64,000 nucleotides of DNA from Eledone cirrhosa (lineage: Eukaryota): NCBI GenBank assembly GCA_964016885.1, contig OZ024745.1:67270001-67334000 (forward strand), in the 5' to 3' direction. Made by a program: the position numbers and the translations under genes. Below the pieces are notes generated by a model that saw only the letters and a program-made list of their open reading frames with translations, ran no database searches and was not told where the DNA came from. Every line of letters starts with the position of its first letter. Position 1 is the stretch's first letter. Shown here in pieces: positions 55,731 through 64,000 of the stretch.

Positions 55731-55928
55731 CGAGGGTCAGCTGAAAAGTTCATAGGCTGACCAAGATACTTTCACGGAATGACCAAATGAGGTTTATTTT
55801 TCAACATAGAACCTGGAAAGAAACAATGTTGTTATTAATAAGAAAAGTTGAAATCAAAGCATGCAGGATTTCACAGCTCTAGCATCATTCCTTTATAGTC
55901 AGCCTATAAACTTTTCAGCCGTCCTTCG
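55731..55928. mobile_element. Mariner-derived MITE (~200 bp, ~31-bp TIRs)
   Basis: cgagggtcagctgaaaagttcataggctgac / gtcagcctataaacttttcagccgtccttcg. Confidence 0.8.
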
Positions 55929-56335
55929 AAGATTATACGATGTTTAGATCTCATTTCTGATTATTACATGACACTCCAATAACCAATTAAATTATTAAGG
56001 TTCGACATATTGATTTCAATTTCATGTAAGATATTAGAAACTAATCATTTTTTTCTGTACATATCCCATATCCCTATCTGTGTGACACTCATGGGATAAC
56101 TCAAATTCAGCATTTGAAATTAATGGATTGCGAATAAACAATATTGTACTTCAGTCGTAGATTTTACCGAACAGTGATAATGTTTACGAAAGGAATGTCC
56201 AGTCAGATTTTTCGAGCAAGGCCAACCGACAGGGATCCAGCTTGGGGATGCAGCTGGGTCAAGTAGAAACGGTTGTTTCTCATATGGGTATCTGAAAGAC
56301 GTATCTAGGGACTCTGTCCCCTACAATCCTCCTCG

Positions 56336-56435
56336 GAAGAAGAAGAAGAAGAAGAAGAAGAAGAAGAAGAAGAAGAAGAAGAAGAAGAAGAAGAAGAAGA
56401 AGAAGAAGAAGAAGAAGAAGAAGAAGAAGAAGAAG

Positions 56436-56496
<61 letters not shown>

Positions 56497-56505
56497 GCAA
56501 CAACA
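56336..56505. repeat. Compound (GAA)n(CAA)n microsatellite
   Basis: Direct reading. Confidence 0.97.
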
Positions 56506-56845
56506 CCAAAAATTCTCATTATACTATATACTGCATTGCATCAAACCAATATATATCAAAATGATTCAATGTGAATGTTTAATAAATTGGTATTGTATTG
56601 TATAAAACTACTTTCGTCAGCAACAGCAGTAGCTAGAGCAGCTGCAGGAAATAAGGGAGAGCTTCAATTTTATACAGCTGTCAAACTGTGATGCAATAAG
56701 TTTACTAGTGTTATCTACTTTCTTTTATGTTTCGTACCTTTATCTGACATCCTTACTTAATCATTTATTCACATTTGTCATTGATATTATTATTTCGTGC
56801 TGACAATGCATATATATATATATATAAGTATGTGTGTATGTGTGT

Positions 56846-56894
<49 letters not shown>

Positions 56895-56953
56895 CATATA
56901 TATATATATACATACATATACATATATATATAAATATATATATATATATAAAT

Positions 56954-57014
<61 letters not shown>

Positions 57015-57076
57015 TATATATATATATATAATATCATATATATATATATACATACATATACATATATATATATTTA

Positions 57077-57221
<145 letters not shown>

Positions 57222-57566
57222 TACATTATATATTATATTATATTGTGTTTGAATTCCTTTCCTCTGTCAGTTATTCAATTGCTTACACTTTCTATGCCGT
57301 AGAATGAACTACTTTCTATTAATTCTAACAAAGCGGATATGGATTCTTTACTTCATAATTTTTCTCGCCCTCTTACATTGATTCAAAGACAGATTTACCT
57401 GCCTTCATCTTATTCATTTATTCTTATGATCTGACATATATTAAATTCTCACACGACCTATAAGATCTATACAGACTGTTCATTATATAATCAATCAATC
57501 GATAGGCTTATGAATAAATATATATGTATATATGTATATGTATATATCTATATGTATATCTATATC

Positions 57567-57668
<102 letters not shown>

Positions 57669-57681
57669 TATATATGTATAT

Positions 57682-57729
<48 letters not shown>

Positions 57730-57893
57730 CGAAGGAAATGTGGTAAGGAACCAGGTGGACCCTAACGCACCAAAGTACTCAATACTTGAGGTAGTAGAGT
57801 GGGTAATAGGAACCAGTAAGACCCCGACAGCTGAGCTCAAGCCGTTTCGACGGCTAATTCTGGACTGCTAATTCAGTCGGGGTCTTACTGGTT

Positions 57894-57974
<81 letters not shown>

Positions 57975-58419
57975 GTATATATATCAAAGGTATATATTGA
58001 GTTAGGAACTCAAAATAGTCTCTTACAATAAAATAGCTCTAAGAAAGAGATTTTTCCGAGCCGTATATTATAATTGAATATAAAAGAAAAACGAACACAG
58101 ATATATAGATATATAGATATATAGATATATGTGTTCAAATCGCAAGGGACCAGATTCGCTAAGGTGAAAAGAATACTAACTATAGACAATAGGGTTTGCC
58201 TGACTCAATTTAAGAATAAATCAAGAAAATAAATACAAAACGGAATTGTGCGGTTTGTACTTATTTTCTTGATTTATTCTTAAATTGAATCAGGCAAACC
58301 CTATTGTCTATAGTTAGTATTCTTTTCACCTTAGCGAATCTGGTCCCTTGCGATTTGAACACATATATGTATATATCTGTGTTCGTTTTTCTTTTATATT
58401 CAATTATAATATGTATATA

Positions 58420-58458
<39 letters not shown>

Positions 58459-58499
58459 AAAGAGATGTTCGTTTTTCTTTTATATTCAATTATAATATG

Positions 58500-58560
<61 letters not shown>

Positions 58561-58564
<4 letters not shown>

Positions 58565-58909
58565 AAAGAGATGAAATCGAAAATGCAACTGGAGTCTTAT
58601 TTAAAAAGAAAATATATATATTTATTTGGTTCCTTTACCGGTTTCGCAGTTCTTCTGCTTTTCAAAAGGTGAGTTGAGATGGAGGGACTGTGGTTTTTCT
58701 CAGATGTGAGAAAAACCACAGACCCTCCATCTCAACTCACCTTTTGAAAAGCAGAAGAACTGCGAAACCGGTAAAGGAACCAAATAAATATATATATTTT
58801 CTTTTTAAATAAGACTCCAGTTGCATTTTCGATTTCATCTCTTTTTCTTTATACTTTCACTCGTGTAGGACACCTCGGTTTAATTTTCATTTTGTAAAAA
58901 AAACCTCAC

Positions 58910-58914
<5 letters not shown>
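58561..58914. mobile_element. Foldback element (~140-bp arms, centre ~58704) with a U3-A8 hammerhead in both arms (58740-58777 +, 58632-58669 -)
   Basis: cctt-TTGAAAA-gcag-aagaa-ctgc-GAAA-ccg-GTA-aagg; TA-flanked. Confidence 0.8.
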
Positions 58915-58973
<59 letters not shown>

Positions 58974-59122
58974 TATATATATATATACATATATGCACAC
59001 ACACACACACACACAAATATATATGTGTGTGTGTGAGTAAATACATATATATATATATGCATATATATGTACTTATATAGTTATGCATATCCATATATAC
59101 ATATATATACATATAACATACA

Positions 59123-59370
59123 TGGGTTCTGTTCACATGCCAACACAAGAGCAAGAATGAGGGGCTCATTCTACTGACATGGCTTAAAAATTGAGGCTTG
59201 TTTACATAATTGAACGAATCGAATGTTATTATTAATATTCGAAAAACTCAGATTACATTTATTGTATTCAGCCATATAGAGCGGAAATTTTCTTTTATAT
59301 ATAGATATATAGATAGATAGATTATATATAGATAGATTATATATATATAGATTATTATATATATATAGAT

Positions 59371-59446
<76 letters not shown>

Positions 59447-59690
59447 AAATTTTCGCTCTATATGGCTGAATACAATAAATGTAATCTGAATTTTTCGAAT
59501 ATTAATAATAACATTCGATTCGTTTGCAATTATGCAAACAAGCCTCAATTTTATAGCCATGTCAGTAGAACGAACCATTTCTTCTTGCTCTTGTGTTGGC
59601 ATGTGAACAGAATTGCAGACACTAATGTTTCTGGGTATCACCCTTCATCAGTACACTCACTGTTCACCTGCCAACTATCAGAGCTAATGA
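59123..59690. mobile_element. Tail-to-tail pair of a Penelope-like terminal repeat around (TA)n; degenerate hammerhead at 59618-59656 (-); family fragment also at 7519-7585
   Basis: 59126-59296 is the reverse complement of 59441-59612. CTGATGA-a-ggg-tgata-ccc-a-GAAAc on minus, with stems I and III decayed. Confidence 0.7.
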
Positions 59691-59846
59691 AAATATATAC
59701 TATTTTCTAAAATATATATATATATATATATATATGGAAATACGGACGACTACCGTGTAGATTCAATTACAAAAATTATCCTTATAATATACTGCACTCA
59801 AAAGTTTACACGTAGAAGTCATCGTCAAGTTAGATTTTTATTTGTG

Positions 59847-59885
<39 letters not shown>

Positions 59886-60089
59886 ACACACATACACATA
59901 CATATATTTGACTGAATCTTAATGTCAATTCGACTTTAGGAATCCGTACATTCGTGTTTAATATGACTAGATATGTACAAATTGAAATGCCTCCGGAAAG
60001 AATTTGAAGCCATACATGTGTGGAAGCACTTTGAGAAGTACAAGCTTAGTTCATATATATTTCAGGGCAGTTGTAGACAAACATCTAAA

Positions 60090-60281
60090 GATAATTGTTT
60101 CTACTTTTGGCACAAGGCCAGCAATTACCCAGTACATTACTGGTACTTTATTTTATCGACCCCGTAAGGATGAAAGGCAAATTTAACCTCGGCGGGATTT
60201 GAACTTAGAATGGCAAGGGCCGTAACTCTATCCGTCAAACATGGCGCCCGACCCTCTACCGATACTGCCAATCCACCGCCT
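60090..60281 (-). mobile_element. Full-length SINE S1 with TSD acaaacatctaaagataat
   Basis: Repeat at 60077-60095 and 60283-60301. Confidence 0.93.
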
Positions 60282-60741
60282 TACAAACATCTAAAGATAA
60301 TGTATGTGCTTTGGTAAGGTATCGATACAATAAAATAAGTAAATATATGCCCAATTTAGCTAAATGTGCTCACTTAAATAAAATTTGCATCTCATTGAAG
60401 TATTCGTCATATGATTACACAGAAATAACTATGGTGTTTCTGCCTCTATTATTTTTCTTCTCCATCTATTTCAACCATTTTACTATATTAATAACAATTT
60501 TGATGAGGCCGCTGCTCCATTATCAACGGCCATTCCATTACGGTTACGATATTTTCTTTTATGGTGTTTAACTTATTAATAAGTAGCATTGAATATTTTT
60601 GGAAAATGTTACGTAAATGTGTGCGTTTTTACGCTATTGATATACTGTATGTATATCACCGTGACTATGGTCACGCTGATATGCATGCGCGTGCGGACAT
60701 ATAAGCATATAATTGTTTATATATTGTATTTATGCATGTGC

Positions 60742-60816
<75 letters not shown>

Positions 60817-60872
60817 AAGAGAGAGAGGGAGAGAGAGAGAGAGAGAGAGAATACATAATATATATATATATA

Positions 60873-60922
<50 letters not shown>

Positions 60923-60930
60923 GAGAGAGT

Positions 60931-60982
<52 letters not shown>

Positions 60983-61009
60983 AGTGGATGGATAGATATA
61001 CATATATAT

Positions 61010-61197
61010 AATAATTGTTTCTACTTTTGGCACAAGGCCAGCAATATACCAGTACATTACTGGTACTTTATTTTATCGACCCCGTAAGGATGAAAGGCAA
61101 AGTTAATCTCGACTGGATTTGAACTCAGACCGTAAAGGGACGTAACTGTGCTGGAAAGCATGGCGTCCAACCCTCTACCGATACTGCCAATCCACCG
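61010..61197 (-). mobile_element. SINE S1
   Basis: Reverse complement of S1. Confidence 0.92.
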
Positions 61198-61227
61198 TAA
61201 TAATGATTATTATTAATATTATTATTT

Positions 61228-61745
61228 TTATTTATTTATTTATTAGCCAAAAGGGCCTACATATAGGGGACAATACAATAGATAGGAACAGTGCGGGTTT
61301 ACATATATAACGTGTAAAAAATATAAATAACAATAACAAGTAAAATACAACAATGAAAATTCCCCAATTCGGGGCATAACCACACAAGGGGCGACTCATG
61401 TATCCCACCAATCCTGAACCACCCGACGTTTAGTGGGCCCGAGAAGGATACCCCTCTCCTCCTCAAATTAGCCAGCCTTCAAGTGCATGTTCAGGGCAGA
61501 CCCATTCACATGGGTCATTCTCGCCACATTCACCCATCTTTTAGCAAAATAATTGTTTCTACTTTTGGCACAAGGCCAGCAAATACCCAGTGCATTACTG
61601 GTACTTTATTTTATCCATCCGGTAAGGATGAAAGGCAAAGTTAACCTCGGCGAGATTTGATTCTTTTAGCAAACTAATACTGAAACGAAGCTATCGAAAA
61701 GGACCGATACACATTCGGTCCTTTTCCTCTCACACAATAATTTGA
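61228..61745 (-). mobile_element. Possible Tx1/L1-like LINE 3' end interrupted by a truncated SINE S1 (61549-61661, TSD tcttttagcaaa)
   Basis: FAKRWVNVAR C-terminus and (TAAA)n tail; 12-bp TSD at 61537-61548 and 61662-61673. Confidence 0.5.
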
Positions 61746-62049
61746 TTAAGTCAGTATAATTAAAATACCTGCTCGTGTATATGTTACATTTTTACGTTGG
61801 TAAAAATGTAACAGGACATATCCATATGTGATATCTCAGTAGAACTATAAAAGTCTGACCCTTTTTTTTTCATACATTAATCTTAATCTTTTATACACTC
61901 ATGTTGCTATTCATTCCAATTTTTGCATCAACACACTCACACGCATATACACATACATACATATATAAGCATATACGTTTGTGAGTCTATGTATAGCTGT
62001 GTGTGTGTTAGTTGCGTGTACGTGAAACGCTGTAGTCTCTTTGCTAGTA

Positions 62050-62380
62050 TTCCCTGCTCTCCTTTCCTCCTTGCTCTCCTTCCTTCCTTGCTCTCCTTGC
62101 TCTCCTTGCTCTCCTTCTCGCCTTGCTCTCCTTCTCTCATTACACTCCTCGCTCTCCTTGCTCTCCTTCCCTCCTCGCTCTCTTTGCTCTCCTTCCCTTC
62201 CTGCTCTCCTTGCTCTCCTTGCTTTCCTTCTCTCCCCCCCCCCCCTTGCACTCCTCCACTTGCTCACCTTACTCTTCTCTCGTTGCCCTTCTTTCTCTCT
62301 TTGCTCTTCTTGCTCTCCTTCCCTCCTTGCTTTCCTTCCTTCCCTGCTCTCCCTGCTCTCTTTACTCGACTTGCTCTCCT
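62050..62380. repeat. Degenerate 10-bp pyrimidine-rich tandem repeat (ctccttgctc)
   Basis: Direct reading. Confidence 0.9.
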
Positions 62381-62843
62381 AGTTGGGCTAGACCAACAGC
62401 TCGGAATATACCGAACTAAAACTTCAGAAACGTACTTTTCATGTTCTCCAGTATATAAACCAAGCAGATAACATATATCCATGCTGTCGAATTATCCTAT
62501 ACTAACGTCAAATATGTCTCTAGAGTCGAGAAACCAATTTCATTTATATATTCGAACAAACTGGCAAATCTTTCATACACTATATACGGAATTTCACATT
62601 TTTTCAATATCTCCCTTTTCCATTAGTATTTTATTTTCTAACATTTTTCCTCGTATCTTCTCATATTAATAAGAGCAATTTGATATATACCGGGTGTTTA
62701 TTCGCTTTCAAAACTAGAGAGAAATACGTAAATCTTACATGTTCCATGTTTTTTATACTCAATATGTATATTTATATACACACACATTCATGCTTAATAC
62801 TGTTCCTTATATACACATATTCGTTATATGTACACACAGAAAA

Positions 62844-63050
62844 CGGTGGATTGGCAGTATCGGCAGAGCGTCGGACAGTATGCTTTGCGGCCTTTTACAT
62901 TCTGATTTCAAATTGCGCCGAGGTTAGATTTGCCTTTCATCCTTACAGAGTCGATAAAATAAATCAGCAGTAATGTACTGGGGTCCATTTAATTGACTTT
63001 CCCCTACTCCCAAATGTGTTGGCCTTATGCCAAAATCAAACACCATTCCA
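62844..63050 (+). mobile_element. SINE S1 long-tail subtype; a further truncated S1 lies at 63395-63492
   Basis: Similarity to S1. Confidence 0.87.
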
Positions 63051-63894
63051 GCTATTAAGGGTACTCATTTTCAGCTAAGTATACTGGAGCAACGTCAAAT
63101 ATGGTGTTTTGCTCCAGGACACACCATGCAACCCAGCCCAGGAATGGAAGCTACTACATTATGATCGTAGATCTAATACCCTTACCACTAGACCATGCTC
63201 CTCCACATATTAATGAAATAAAGACCAGACCAACGGGACATAACTTAGCACTTTAAAAGTTGTTTATTCTGAGAAATGTATTAAGTGTTGAGAGGGGATT
63301 ATTGTGAACTGATGATGGCCCTTAGAATCTGAGTGGCTTGGGATGACAGTGATTTTTGAAGTACAGAGGAACATAATATTAGAGAGATATCCAAGGTTAA
63401 CTTTGCCTTTCATTCTTATGAGGTCGATAAAATAAAGTACCAGTAATGCACTGGGATAATTGCTGGCCTTGTGCCAAACGTAGGAACAATTATATGTTCA
63501 CACATGTATTTATCGCATATTTCGGCTACTTAGAGCAGAACTAAGTATATACTGAAATTAGATACCACTGTAAGAGCAAGTAATATACAAATTTGTACCT
63601 TGATTTCATGTTTACTGATAAATTTGTTAATCTTTATAGAGCAATCAGTTACGTATTTCGCAATGATCAATGATCAACGATATAGATGTTGTCTGATGAG
63701 AATCAAATAAGGGTCGGAAATCGATTAAGGGTTTTCATCCCTTTTTTCTTAATTCACAAAGAAATAGTTGAATAAATAGTAATGTCTACGTACTTAATGT
63801 ATATATTTACATAATCAGTCATAAAATGTCGGCCAATCATGTACTGTCTCTGTACAGATACTTATTTATCGTATATGCCCCTGTTTAGTGCACA

Positions 63895-63962
<68 letters not shown>

Positions 63963-64000
63963 ACATATATATGCATATATATGCATATATATATATATAT

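Noticed and set aside
63688-63732. CTGATGA-gaatc..gggtc-g-GAAA-tcgaTT hammerhead-like motif
   Set aside because: Stem III is palindromic but stems I and II pair poorly; at best a decayed copy. A similarly weak case lies at 17355-17412.

Overview
AT-rich, microsatellite-saturated animal DNA with no recognisable host exon. The SINE and repeat landscape resembles an octopus genome (inference). Almost all supplied ORFs are translations of (TA)n, (CA)n or (GA)n tracts. Real coding remnants are all from transposons: a decayed Helitron Rep/Hel N-terminus (1-2460, -), an R4/Dong-type RT+RLE retrotransposon in (CATA)n (32386-35670), RTE, CR1 and Tx1-like LINE fragments, a dead mariner, and two Penelope-like (Naiad-type) GIY-YIG 3' ends. 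About 20 tRNA-derived SINE copies are present. The main signal is an RNA-level system. At least ten unrelated short elements sit in (TA)n tracts, most as inverted (foldback) insertions, and carry minimal type I hammerhead ribozymes whose stem III is usually palindromic. The centrepiece is a young non-coding concatemer of a 464/472-bp unit (23651-26338; about 3.7 copies on -, about 2.1 on +) with one hammerhead per unit. It is a candidate retrozyme / circular-RNA replicon integrated by Penelope-like machinery. Two hammerheads have a compensatory U3-A8 core. All alignments and folds were done by eye, so boundaries are approximate.
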